Below are positions 24,059 through 36,739 of a DNA stretch of 64,000 nucleotides, in pieces (positions within the stretch are counted from its first letter, which is position 1; each line of letters starts with the position of its first letter). The notes below the pieces were generated by a model, which saw only the letters and a program-made list of their open reading frames with translations, did no database searches and was not told the DNA's origin. Source of the stretch: Mobula hypostoma (Eukaryota); assembly GCF_963921235.1 (NCBI RefSeq), contig NC_086097.1, forward strand, positions 28,150,001 to 28,214,000, read 5' to 3'. The position numbers were made by a program, and so were the translations under genes.

Positions 24059-25057
24059 TTATGGTTGTATCATATTTATATGGCAAAGCTGTGTTGACTT
24101 TCTTCGATCTGGTCTTTTTATCACATAGTTCAAATCATTAATTTTAGGTATAATTTCATAAGGACCATGAAATTTAGCTTGTAATGGGTTCGTTTGCACT
24201 GGGAAAAGAACCAACACCTTATCTCCAGGTTTAAATGACCTCATTCTAGCTTCCTTATCATACCAAGTTTTCATTTTTACCTGAGCAGATTTAAAATTTT
24301 CCCTAGCTACGCTACAAGCTTTATGCAATCTTTCCTTAAATTTTAAAACATAATCCAGCAAATTAGTGTGTACCTCTTTATTCATCCACTGTTCTTTTAA
24401 CAAAGTCAAAGGTCCTCTAACTCTATGCTCAAACACAAGTTTAAAAGGACTAAATCCTAGAGATTCCTGCACTGATTCCTATACTGCAAATAGAAGTAAA
24501 TGAACTCCGTCATCCCAATCCTTTTCATTTTCCACACAATACATCCTAATCATGGTTTTGAGGGTAGAATGGAGGCTCCTTGTGATTCTGGATGGTATGC
24601 AGATGAGGTAATCCAATTTATAAACTATCTGCTGAAACAATCCAGACATAAAATTACTGCCTTGATCAGATTGTATTTCCTTAGGTAATCCAAAATAAGT
24701 AAAGAATTTTATGAGAGCCTTTGTCACAGTTTTGGCTGTTATATGCCTAAGAGGTATTGCCTCTGGAAACCTAGACGCTATGCACATGATGGTCAACAAA
24801 TATTGATGTCTAGTTTTAGTTTTAGGTAATGGGCCTACACAATCTACAGTAATTTTTGAAAACGGCTCACCAAATGCTGGAATAGGTTGCAGTGGGGCCA
24901 CTGGAGTAACTTGATTAGGTTTACCCACAATTTGACAAGTATGACACGTTCTGCAAAAAGTTGTCACATCTTTTCTAAAGCTAGGCCAGTAAAAATGTTT
25001 AAAAACCTTATTCACAGTTTTCTTCACACCTTGATGGCCACCCAAAGGCAAAGGCAT
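24059..25057 (-). pseudogene. Integrase of the Gmr1-like element
   Basis: HHCC remnant, DDE core and GPY module (FHGPYEI); frameshifted. Confidence 0.9.
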
Positions 25058-25900
25058 AGTTAAAATCTTATTCCGATAAACTTTAGGAACAACTACCTGG
25101 TGATTAAATTCCCATTCTTCACGCAGGAATTGTAGGTGATCTCCACTTCCTCATTAATACTCCCTTTTCAAAATAATATCCTACTGGCACTTCTGAATTT
25201 CACTACCTGGAAGAGCTTGTTCCTTTAATTTGATTATCTCAGGATCTCTACTCTGCTCTGCTCTCATCTCCTTCTGAGATTGAGACAAATCTTCATCAGA
25301 CTTAGCACAATAATCTTGATCAAATAATGTAGGTAAGAAAGTTTCTGACACTTCCTCAAAATTTGAATCCCGAGTTGAACAGTCATGGGTAACAACCTCA
25401 TCCTGCACATCAAATTTTTTAGCCATAGCTCGGGTTACAACACAGGAAGAATCCATCTTTGGTTCCTCAGAAATGGGCTTAATTGTCAAATGTCCTTCAG
25501 GAAAAACTTGTCCATCTGCTAAGTCATTCCCTAACAATAGAGAAACATCATTCACAGGTAAACTGGGTTGTAGTCCTACTTTCACAGGTCCTGTAACTAA
25601 CCCTGACCTTAAATTTACTCTATGCAAATATACTGGCATAAGGGGACTCTCAACACCTTGTATATAGTTTACCTCACCACTGTCAGACTCATCATTAAAC
25701 TTTAGAACACTGTCTAATGAAAGTGATTGAGAAACTCCAGTATCCCTAAGGATTTTTATTGGCACCAGAGTGGATCCCTCTTTCAAGGATATAAATCCTT
25801 CGGTTATAAAATGATCATATCCCCTCTTAACTTGATCAGTCTCTGACAAAGCTTCATTGGTATTTATTGAACCCCGTGGATTTACAGGTGTTTCAATATG

Positions 25901-27097
25901 TTACACACAAGCATCTGGGACGGCCTCTTTCTCCTTCTTCAATTGAAAACAGTTAACTATTACATGTCCAGGTTTCTTACAATAATTACAAATAGGACCA
26001 AAATGTCTTTCCTTCACATGTTTCCCTTCATCCTTACCTTTCTCACTAACTTCAGATTTAATTTCTGGTTTACCTTGGCTCTCTGTGCTATTTTTCATTT
26101 TAAAAGTTCTACCTGGAGAAAATTTACTCTTATGAACTAAAGCATACTCATCAGCTAATATAGCAGACTCCTGCAGTGTAGCAGTATCCCTCTCATTTAA
26201 GTATGTCCTTACTTCAACAGGAATGCTCCTTTTAAATTCCTCCAATAAAATCAACTCTTTTAATTTATTATACTCCTCATTCACATTTTTAGAGGAAACC
26301 CATTTCTCAAAACACACAGATTTATCGTAGGCAAATTCCACCTAAGATTTTTCCACGGATTTCTTCAAATTTCTGAATCTTTCTCTATAAGCTTCTGGAA
26401 CCAGTTCATATGCTTTCAGTATATGCTGCTTCACAATATCATAATCAAGTGCTTAGTCAGCACTTAAAGCTGTATAAACTTGTTGTGCTTTACCTCTAAT
26501 TATACTTTGTAACATCACTGGCCATTTATCTTTCGGCCACCCTGAATTCAAAGCAACAATTTCAAAATGTTGGAAACATTTGTCCACTTCTGTTTCATTA
26601 AATGGAGGAGCCAAAATAACTTCTCGACTAGCAACAAACTGTTTCCTAGAACCAGGGGACTGATTCTCGGACTTTAATTTCTCCATCTCTAGCTCAAACT
26701 CCCTGTTTTTATTTGCTTCTCTTTCTTCAAATTCCCTCTGTTTATTTGCAGCTTCTAACCAACATCGTTCCAAGTCAGCTTCCAATTGTTTCTGTTTTAA
26801 CTCAGCTTCTACTCTAAGCTTTTCTAACAATACCTGTTCCAGGTGTAACTGGATCGCTGCTTTACTTACAGGGAACCTATATAACTCCACTTCATTAAAA
26901 ACTCCCGCATTTATATAGTGTTCCATGATTCTCCTCTGAATTACTGGCTTTGTCGTAGCCTTCAAAATACCTTGAAGGTCCAACCTTCTAGCAATCTCAG
27001 ATACATCACCCTTTGTCACCTTCACTAATACTGTTGGGTCAGGCGATTCCATTAACTCGTCAATATTCATTGCTGCCGAATGCCACCCACAGACCAA
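25901..27097 (-). pseudogene. gag of the Gmr1-like element (SCAN-like capsid region + CCHC knuckle)
   Basis: Split ORFs 26453-27097 and 25901-26341. Motifs FE.VA...GWPKDKW...L...GKAQ, LKELILLEEFK, A..LADEY and CX2CX4HX4C. Confidence 0.85.
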
Positions 27098-27177
27098 TCA
27101 AACAAAAGAATCGGGTGTCTCCCTTTTCCAAATCAGATTGTTAATTAAACAAACACTTAAGCTCAAAATTGGAACAA

Positions 27178-27194
27178 ATCAGGACGAGCCCCCG
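27178..27194 (-). promoter_or_regulatory. tRNA-Pro primer binding site
   Basis: Minus strand CGGGGGCTCGTCCTGAT, just inside the 5' LTR, resembles the tRNA-Pro PBS TGGGGGCTCGTCCGGGAT. Confidence 0.8.
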
Positions 27195-28337
27195 ATATCT
27201 GTCATGTGACCGGCAATAATGAATTATCAACTGAGTCAGGTTTTATAAAAAAACAAACAAACATTTATTGAACTCTGCTCAGCAATAGAGAAAAGTATTC
27301 CAACAACTAACTTACTGGAAGTTAACTGCTATACGCCAACTCTGGAACAGTTCTTAAAAGGGTAAATTCGAAAACAGTTCTTAAAGTGGTAAATTCGAAA
27401 GTCCAAGTGATTTACACAGTCAATAAGGAGAGACTTCTCTGGAAACGGATTTCTTCGAAGATGTGACATTACTGCTGATTCTCCAAAAGATTCACAACGA
27501 AGGAAATAAAACGGCTTAAAAGAACTGACCTTTTCCTGACGAGTGAACACTGCACAACCTTCCCTGCTCTTGCAGGAGTTATCTCAGATACAGGTCACCA
27601 TATGCTGAACAAATCCTCAATGAGGTCGATCCTTCATTAAACTGCCGAACGACTCCAACTTTATTCTGATCCTTAGGGTTCCCGTCCTTTATTAAGGTCT
27701 TCACTCTCCAATACTACTGTAAAGGAAAAATTATAGATGCAACACACAAACCTGGCAGCAATTGGTGAAATTGCCAGCACCAATCTTTGCACCTTAAAAT
27801 AGAAAAGAAAACTCCGTTTTAAAACGAAACTGCATCATGAGACAAGTACACAGCATAACTGAGTAGTTGACGAACTACTACAAAACTAAACTGAAACTAA
27901 CTGCGTCACCACAGGGTGCCCCTTTATATACCTGTTGAGAACAGGTCATCATGTGACCTCACACTGGCAGGAAAATTACATCATGTGACCACAAACTGGC
28001 AGGAAAATTACGTCACCCCACCATCACAAAACTATTACATCATGGTCATAAGACAGTCACAAGATAACAATACTTACTCATAAAAACAGAGGGCTGAGAT
28101 ACAAAGGGAGTACTCTGTACATGACTTTTTTTTATCAAGTTTCGATAATTACATAGAAGGGAGGGGCACGGAGGGCGATGGTTGAAGGTAATAGTTCAGC
28201 TTGAGGACTGCTTATCTGAAATGTTTGGGGCTGGAAGTGTTTCGGATTTTGGAATATATAATGAGAAAGCCTGGGATCGTCAATATTTCCAGCTCTGAAT
28301 TTATGTGCTACCGGTAAGCAGTCTTTGTCTTACACTT

Positions 28338-28735
28338 GTTTTTTCGGGCAGGTGGGGCTTGTCAGCCTTGGATGGCAATCTGCCTAGGAGAAGGAAAACT
28401 CTGATTTTAAACCTCCGCTGCCTTGCGGCCATACTCACCCATGGGAAAGACTTTGGGAGTAAACGCCGAGGAAGAAATCTGGTGCTGGGGTCCCTGAGGC
28501 AGTTTGATGTTGTTTACAACTTCACTCTGGCAACCTCTGCGGCGACACTAGTGCCAAGCTGTATCAGCGCTTGCCCTTCCCTTGGACTACATCAGTGAGG
28601 TGGAGAGGGGGAACCCACTGCATGGGCAACAGCCGGTCCTTCAAATCTTCCTGCCCAGGCTTGTGCCCTGGAGAGGACACAGTCCACCAGAAGTGCAAAC
28701 CCATGATCCCCTGGGATCGGCGGCTGCCTACTATA
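28338..28735 (+). mobile_element. RTE-5'UTR-like short interspersed repeat
   Basis: GGAGAAGGAAAACTCTGA..AAACCTC motif. A second copy lies at 28962-29002 + 29660-30170. Confidence 0.55.
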
Positions 28736-29002
28736 CTTGTTTATCACACATATCTACTTAACAGTAAAAATAATTACATATCATTAATATAATGAAAATA
28801 TAATGTGTGCATGATAACAAAAGCAACACAGCAGCAGCGAGAGAATATCTGAATCAGTTGTTGAACAACAACGAACAATGTCAGGCTTTCGGCCCCCACC
28901 TATACTGCTATGTTTTGAGTAAAACATTCCAGTATACTGTACTGGTTCTTTAAGGTTGTTATAGGTGGGGGTGGTATTGTGGACAAACTCTCACTACCTA
29001 CT

Positions 29003-29660
29003 ATAGAACCATAGAACACCACAGCACAGAAAACAGGCCATTCGGCCCTTCTAGTCTGTGCTGAAACTTTATTCCACTAGTCCCATTGACCTGCACCCAG
29101 TCCATAACTCCTGAGACCTCTCCCATCCATGTATCTGTCCAATTTATTCTTAAAACTTAAGAGTGGCCCTGCATTTATCACATCAGATAGCAGCTCGTTC
29201 CACACTCTCAACACTCTCTGAGTGAACAAGTTCCCCCTAATGTTCCCCCAATCCTTTCCCCTTTCACCCTAAAACCATGTCCTCTCGTATTTATCCCTCC
29301 TAATCTAAGTGGAAAGAGCCTATTCACATTTACTCTGTCTATACACCTCATAATTTTGTAAACCTCTATCAAATCTCCCCTCATTCTTTTACGCTCCAAG
29401 GAATAAAGTCCTAACCTGTTCAATCTTTCCCTGTAACTCAACTCCTGAAGACCCAGCAACATCCCAATAAATCTTCTCTGCACTCTTTCAATCTTATTGA
29501 TATCCTTCCTATAGTTAGGTCACCAGAACTGCCCACAATTCTCCAAATTTGGTCTCGCCAACGTCTTATACAACCTCACCATAACATCCCAACTCTTATA
29601 CTCAATACCTCGATTTATGAATGCCAGGATGCCAAAAGCCTTCTTTACAATCCTGTCTAC
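29003..29660 (-). mobile_element. CR1 3' fragment nested in the RTE-like repeat
   Basis: LSYRERLNRLGLYSLE...RGDLIEVYK, flanked by duplicated CTACCTACT. Confidence 0.85.
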
Positions 29661-32104
29661 CTACTAAATGCTCCCAATGGCATGTGCCTCAACCAAGTCC
29701 AGCTCCTGACCTTCACGTGTGGCTTAGTTACTAAGCCCAGTGGAACCATTTCTACTGAGAGGAGAAGGGACAAAGGCGAGTTACTGGCACCTTAAAACCA
29801 GTCGCTTCGGGCAGATGGGGCTCATCAGCGGTGGTTAGTAACTTGTCTAGGAGAAGGAAAACTCTGACCTCAAACCTCTGCTGCCTTGCGGCTAAACCCA
29901 CTCATGAGAAAGACTTCAGGAATAAACCACGAGGGAAAAATCTGGAGCTGGAGTCCCTAAGGCAGTCCTACATTGAGTTCAGTGTTGACTGGCACCCCTG
30001 CGACACTGCTGGCCCCAAACTGTATCGGTCTCATCAGATATGTGGAGAGGGGGAGCTTGCTACTTGGACGACAGCTTGTTCTCCGTTTTGTACTGCCTGA
30101 GCTCGCATATCTAGACAGCAAGGAAGCAATATCTGTGGTCAGCTCTGATCAATGGAGGCCTCCGACTCAGACACTATACTTGCATTTTATATTTTTTTTA
30201 GGTTTTATGTAAGATATAAAAATAATCAGCATGAAAGACTTGTTCTGGTGTTAGAATTTCATCAGCGATGATCTTCACAAACACATAATGCATTTTGCTT
30301 CTTGTGATTAGCAGACACTTTATCATTAAAATTCTTAAATCTTTAAAAATTTAATGTGCTTTTTCTTAAATTTCTGCAACCATCCTGCTAAATATTAATC
30401 TTTAGCTTCAATTTTCAGTTTGTCCTGATAGATCTTTGCTTGTTTCACAATCAGCATACTGTTAAGCAGCAGACATTCACTCCAACACTGTCAAATCCAT
30501 TCTTTCAATACGCGATCGAGAACTTCATTTTTTGCTTAATGCTGAGCTTTTCTATTTTTCATTAACTCCTGTTCATTCCACATGTGAGGGCACTTCACAG
30601 AACTGTCTGTGATGCACAGAGACATGCGCATCGCCTGGGAACTTTTCCAGTGCCTTGTGGAATTTTCCAATTATGATGTCATGGCAGTGCCCAAAAAATT
30701 TTTTGGATTTTGGAGGTATTAATATTTTAAAATTTTGGTGTAAGGGGTATTCAATCAGTATATGACATATACAGTCTCACCATTAACAGTATACTGGCCG
30801 TTTACATTTGTTCCAAAGTACCATACTCCACATTTATCAGGATTAAACTTCTTCAGACTTTTCTCTACCCATATCTGCAACTGATGGGACCCAAAGTATT
30901 AAAATTTCAGATTCAAGATTCAAGTTTATTTATCACGAGTACATTGAAACGTGCAGTGAAATTTGTCATTTGCATTAACAATCATCACACTTGGTGTGCT
31001 GAGGGCAGCCTACAAGTGTTGCCACTTATTCTGGTGCCAACAGAGCATGCCCACAATACTGGGCAGAATAATACAGAACACAAAAAGCAACAAAACAACA
31101 ACAGCAAGACAAGTCCTATTCCTCCCTCCCACCCATGCACATACACATTCCTCTAACGCGCCCCCCCACCCCAAAGACAGGCCATCTTCTTCGGTCTCCA
31201 GCCTCCAGCAGACTCTGATTCAAAGACTTGGGCTTTCAACTATCCCAGTGGACTCAGATTCGGAGACAGGCTTTCGACTACCCCGGAGGACTTTCAGAGA
31301 TTCGCAGACCCGAGAGTCTGGCCAACAGGCCTTGAAGTTCGGACTTCTGATTCGATCCTTGCATCGACCCCAGGACCCACTGATCACGAAAATACCAGTT
31401 TCTCTTTTTTTTTCGTTTTCCACACTTGCTATCTGACCTGCTGGATTCTTCCACTATTTTCATTCCATTATGAGCTTACTTGTAATGTGCCAATCTCTAA
31501 AGGTTGGGATGGATTCATGGAAAAGCACCCAAAACCATAAGACCAGAAGACATAGGAGCAAAAGTGTACTGACCTCCAAACAGTGGGAATGACGTAGTCT
31601 ACAAATTACAATGAGAGGCAGAAAATGCATTTCACAAAGGGCAATGTTACAATAGTCATGGGGGATTTCAATATGCAGGTAGATTGGGAATATCAGGTTG
31701 TTGCTGAATTCCAAGAGGGGGAGCTTCTACAATGCCTACGAGTTGGCTTTTTAGAACAGCTCATGGTTGAGCCCACGAGGGGATTAGCTATCCTGGATTG
31801 GGTGTTGTGTAATGAACTGGAATTGATTAGAGAGCTTTTTTTAAAATATAATTTTTATTGAGTTTTCAAAGTGAATACATGAAAAGATAATGTCTACCCT
31901 CCCCCCTCCCCCTCCCCCCTCCCCTTAACCCTTCCCCCCCGATATATACTCCTACCTGAAAAAAAAAGAAAGAAAGAAGAAAAAAAAAGGAAGAACTGCC
32001 TGGATATTGGAAGGTTTCCACATGCTCCATGGGATTCAAAATAAATTTAGTATATTTATTTATTACTTTCCCCAAGGGACCGACATCTTCTATCGTCGGA
32101 GCAA

Positions 32105-35100
32105 CTAAATATGCCATCCTATCTTTTGTAAATAAGGGCGCCAAATATTCAAAAATGTTTCATATTTATCTCTTAAATTATAAGTAATTTTTTCGAGTGG
32201 AATAGAACTAGCCATTTCATTGTTCCGACGATTCGTACTTAAACATGAATCAGATTTCCAAATAACTGCTATAGCCTTCTTAGCTACTGCCAATGCAATT
32301 TTTATATATTTTTTCTGATATTTATTCAACTTAAGTTTCGGTTTTATCCCTTCAATATCACCTAATAGAAATAATACAGGGTTATGTGGAAGTTGAGTTC
32401 CAGTAATTTGTTCCAATAAGACTCTTAAATTTATCCAAAAAGGTTGAATTTTAGAACAAGACCAAGTAGAATGTAAGAAAGTACCAATTTCCTGATTACA
32501 CCGAAAGCATTGATCAGATAAATTTGAATTTAATCTACTTATTTTTTGTGGTGTAATATATAATTGGTGTAAAAAATGACATTGTACTAATCTAAGACGT
32601 TTATTGTATTTGTCATATTGTCAAGACACAGTCTTGACCAATTTGTTTCATCAATATTAATATTCAGATCCGTTTCCCATTTTTGTTTTGACGTGTGGAT
32701 TCCTTGTTTAATTGACTGTTTTTGAATCAAATTATACATACAAGAAATAAATTTTTAAATTTTTCCTTTTTGAATTAAAATTTCAATTTCATTGGGTTTT
32801 GGCAAAAACATTGTTTGACCCAGTTTGCCTTTTAAGTAAGCCCTTAATTGAAGGTAACAAAAGAAAGTGTTATTTGATATTTTATATTTATTCTTTAGTT
32901 GTTCAAATGACATCAATATACCTCATTCATAACAGTCTCCTATAGATCTAATCCCTTTTTGGTACCAATTATATAAAAGTTGATTATCCATTGTAAAAGG
33001 AATAAGTCTGTTTTGGAACAAAGGTCTCCTTGCTAATAAAGATTTCTTTATTTCAATATCAACGTTTATCTTATTCCATAGATCAATCAAATGTTTTAAT
33101 ATAGGAGATTCTTTCTTTTCCCGTATCCATTTGAATTCCCATTTATATATAAAATCTTCAGGTATATTTTCTCCTATCTTATCTAATTCTATTCTAATCC
33201 ATGCCAGTTTTCGATCATCAAAGAAAGATGCAATAAATCTAAATTGATTTGCTTTATAATAATTCTTAAAGTTTGGAAGTTGTAACCCTCCTAACTCAAA
33301 TTTACATGTCAATTTTTCCAATGATATTCTTGACATCTTACCTTTCCAAAGAAATTTTCTCACACATTTATTTAACTCTTGAAAAAATTTCTGTGGCAAT
33401 TGTATTGGTAATGTTTGAAACAAATACTGTAATCTAGGAAATATATTCATTTTTACAACATTGACTCGACCCACTAATGTTAATGGTAGTATCATCCGTT
33501 TGTCAAGATCTTGAATTTTTTCAATAGTGGTAAATAATTAAATTTATATAAATTCTTTACATCATTATCAAGTATACCTAAATACTTTATACCATTTACC
33601 GGCTATCTAAATTGGGTTGCTAATCGACATTGGCTATAGTCTCCTTTAGTAAGAGGTCAAATTTCACTTTTATCCCAATTTATTTTATACTCTGATACTT
33701 TCCCATATTCATCCAATCCAGAAGATAGTTTATGTAACGAATGCTGTGGGTTTGTTAAGTAAATCAAAACATCATCAGCAAAAACATTAATTTTATATTC
33801 CTCCTGATTAACTCTAAAACCCATAATATCTGGATCAATTCTAATTAGTTCTACTAATGGCTCTATTGCCAGTACAAATAAAGCAGGTGATAATGGACAA
33901 CCTTGTCTAGTTGACCTTTTTAACTGGAATGGTGTTGAAATTTGAGTATTTGTCACTACTTTAGCATTAGGGTTAGTATTTAAAGTTTTAATCCAGTTTA
34001 TAAAAGATATTCCTAACCCATATTTTTCTAATACTTTAAATAAAAAATCCCATTCCGATCTATCAAATGCTTTTTCTGCATCCAAGGCTACTACTATACT
34101 CATCTCCTCCCTTTTTTGTTCCAAATGAATTATACTGAGTAGCCGAATTAAACATTATCTGCCAATTGTCTATTTTTAATAAATCCTGTTTGATCCATAT
34201 GTATTAATTTTGGTAAATATTTAGATAATCTATTTGATAAAATTTTTGCTATTATTTTATATTGTATTATATTATTTTATATTATTTGCTATATTTAAGA
34301 GGGAGTTAGATATGGCCCTTGTGGCTAAAGGGATCGGGGGTATGGAGGGAAGGCAGGTACAGGGTTCTGAGTTGGATGTTCAGCCATGATCATACTGAAT
34401 GGGGGTGCAGGCTCGAAGGGCCGAATGGCCTACTCTTGACCTATTTTCTATGTTTCTATGTTTCTATTTTATAATCCGCGTTCAACAAAGAAATAGGCCT
34501 GTATGATGCTGGTTTTAAAGGATCTCTGTCTTTTTTTGGCAATACTATTACAATCGCTGTTGAAAAAGATTCTGGGAGTTTATGTATTTTTTCTGCTTGA
34601 CGTATTAACTCCATAAAGGGAGGAAATAATAAATCTTTAAACTTTTTATAAAATTCAGGTGGAAAACCATCTTCTCCTGGAGATTTATTACTTTGGAGTG
34701 ATCCTAAAGCTTCTTCAACCTCTTTTAATGTAAAAGGCATATCTAATCCCTTCTGTTCTTCCAAATTCAATTTTGGAAGAGTTACTTGTGATAAAAACCT
34801 TTCTATCTCATTAACATCATTTTGTGATTCTGATTGATATAATTCAGAACAGAAACTTTTGAAGGTTTCATTAACTTCTAAAGGTTTATAAGTAATTTTA
34901 TTTGCACTTGTTCTAATTGCATTTATCGTTTTGGAAGCTTGTTCTGTTTTCAATTGCCAAGCAAGAATTTTATGTGCTCTCTCACCTAACTCATAATACC
35001 TTTGCTTAGTTCTTATGATTGCTCTTTCCATTCTGTATGTCTGAAGCGTATTATATTGTAACTTCTTATTAACAAGTTGCCTTCATTTTTCTTCTGTCAT

Positions 35101-36093
35101 ATGTCTTTGAGATTCTTTTTCTAATTTTGTAATCTCTTTTTCCAATTGATCTAGTTCTGCCATATATTCTTTCTTAATTTTAGACGTATAACTTATTATC
35201 TGACCCCTCAAATATGCTTTCATCGCATCCCATAGTATAAATTTATCATCCACTGAATGAGAGATTGTATCCAAAAAAAAATTGGATCTGCTTTTTCATA
35301 AAATCACAAAAATCTTGACGTTTTAATAATGTTGAATTAAATCTCCATCTATAAGCCTCTTCTTCCTTATCAGTTATTATTATTGTCATTAATAGAGGAG
35401 AATGATCTGACAATATTCTTGCTATATATTCCATATTTTTCACTCTGTGTTGAATATGCATTGATAATAGGAAAAGATCTATCCTTGAATAAGATCTATT
35501 AGAATAGAACGAATAGTCTCTTTCTTTAGGATTAATTCTTCTCCATATATCAATCAAATTTAAATCTTTCATCAATGATAAAGTTAGTTTTACTACCTTC
35601 GATTTTGTGACAGCCTTATAGTTGATCTATCTAAGACTGGGTCTAGGCAAAAATTAAAATCTCCTCCTATTAATATTTTTTCATGTGCATCAGCCAAATT
35701 CAAAAAAGCTTCTTGTATGAGTTTTGCATCATTTTCATTTGGTGCATAAATATTCATGAAAGTCCATAATTCAGAAAAAAGTTGACAGTGTATAATCATG
35801 TATCTCCCCGCAGAATCGGTTATTACATTTTGTATTCTAATTGGTAATGTTTTATTGATCAAAATTGCTACTCCCCTCGCTTTTGAATTAAATGAAGCTG
35901 CAACAGCACTACCCACCCAATCTCTCTTTAATTTCTGATGTTCTGTTTCTGTTAAATGTGTTTCCTGTAAGAAGGCTAAATCTACCTTCATTTTCTTAAT
36001 ATGTGTTAAGATTCTTTTTCTTTTCACCGGCCCATTAAGCCCATTAACATTAAAACTCAAAAAATTCAATAAATTAGTCATTATTCTTAACAA
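32105..36093 (-). pseudogene. L1 ORF2 (APE endonuclease-RT-Cys domain), frameshifted
   Basis: NVNGLN, LQETH, GGDFN, SRID, SDHSP; SPGEDGF, LDAEKAFD, RQGCPLSP, FADD. Several frameshifts and a CR1 insertion. Confidence 0.92.
34288..34466 (+). mobile_element. Short young CR1 3' end inserted in L1 ORF2
   Basis: Near-identical to 21608-21788, with (TTCTATGT)n tail. Confidence 0.9.
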
Positions 36094-36739
36094 AGTTACT
36101 CCAATCTAAAACATTACTTAGCTTCTCAACTCTCATAGTTCCTTGGAGAATCTCTTTGAACTTCACTATGTTGCTATGTGTTACCCTCCCAATCATCCAG
36201 GCAAAAAGAAAGAAATAAAAGATAGATATGATACAAAAAGAGAAATAACAAAATACCCGCCCCCACTAATGTTGTGAATGAAAAGATACACAACACTACC
36301 CCCCTCTATTTTGCGGGTTGTGACTATTGCCACGCTTGCACACATGAATAATGTAGTGATTGGTCGGTATTTCTTCCAGCTCCCCGTAACAAAAAAATTG
36401 TGTGTGTGTGTATATATATATGTATATATAAATAAAATTAATGTCACTATTCCCAGCTAATATTCCTCAAATTTTAACCTTTCTTCCCCTACCTCATATA
36501 ATTAATAATATATTTATATATTCATCCGCCTTTAAAAATCCAGCAGGTGTATTCCTTGACCCAGTCTTCATCTTCAATCCATCTCGCTCCCCTGGGTTTG
36601 TTCTTGTATCTGGTGAATATTCAAAGAATCTCGCACAAACTCCTCCGCTTTCCGGTAATCGTCAAATCTTTTTTCTCCGCCAGCCAAAGAAATCTTCAAG
36701 GTTGCAGGATAACGCAATTATAAATTGATAACCGTGATC

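Larger units (their letters stand above)
22705..28069 (-). mobile_element. Gmr1-like Ty3/Gypsy LTR retrotransposon (gag-PR-IN-RT), internally deleted, inactive
   Basis: 5' LTR 27200-28069, partial 3' LTR 22705-~22957 and 4-bp TSD ATAC (22701-04, 28070-73). Domains: gag with CNYCKKPGHVIVNC knuckle; LRDTG protease; integrase GGHQG..CRTCHTC, DCVGP, SDQGSNF; RT IDLLKGYW, LPFGMKNAPGTFQR, YIDD. Confidence 0.93.
28196..30758 (-). mobile_element. Tigger/pogo (Tigger4/MER46-like) DNA transposon relic with nested insertions
   Basis: Degenerate TIRs CAGCTTGAGGACTGCTTATCTGAAAT / ATTTTGGTGTAAGGGGTATTCAATCAG+TA. Minus-strand peptide at ~30410-30535 is AKNEVLDRVLKEWI*QCWSECLLLNSMLIVKQAKIYQDKLKIE, a CENP-B/Jerky-type HTH. 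Confidence 0.7.

Noticed and set aside
22705..28069. Endogenous retrovirus (tRNA-Pro PBS as in gammaretroviruses)
   Set aside because: RT and IN are Gypsy-type, IN precedes RT and no env is seen.
29690..29770. Possible HDV-like ribozyme in the RTE-like repeat (TTCACGT loop; CTCCT/AGGAG pairing)
   Set aside because: I could not build convincing P1/P3 helices by eye. A descriptor search on the family consensus would be needed.
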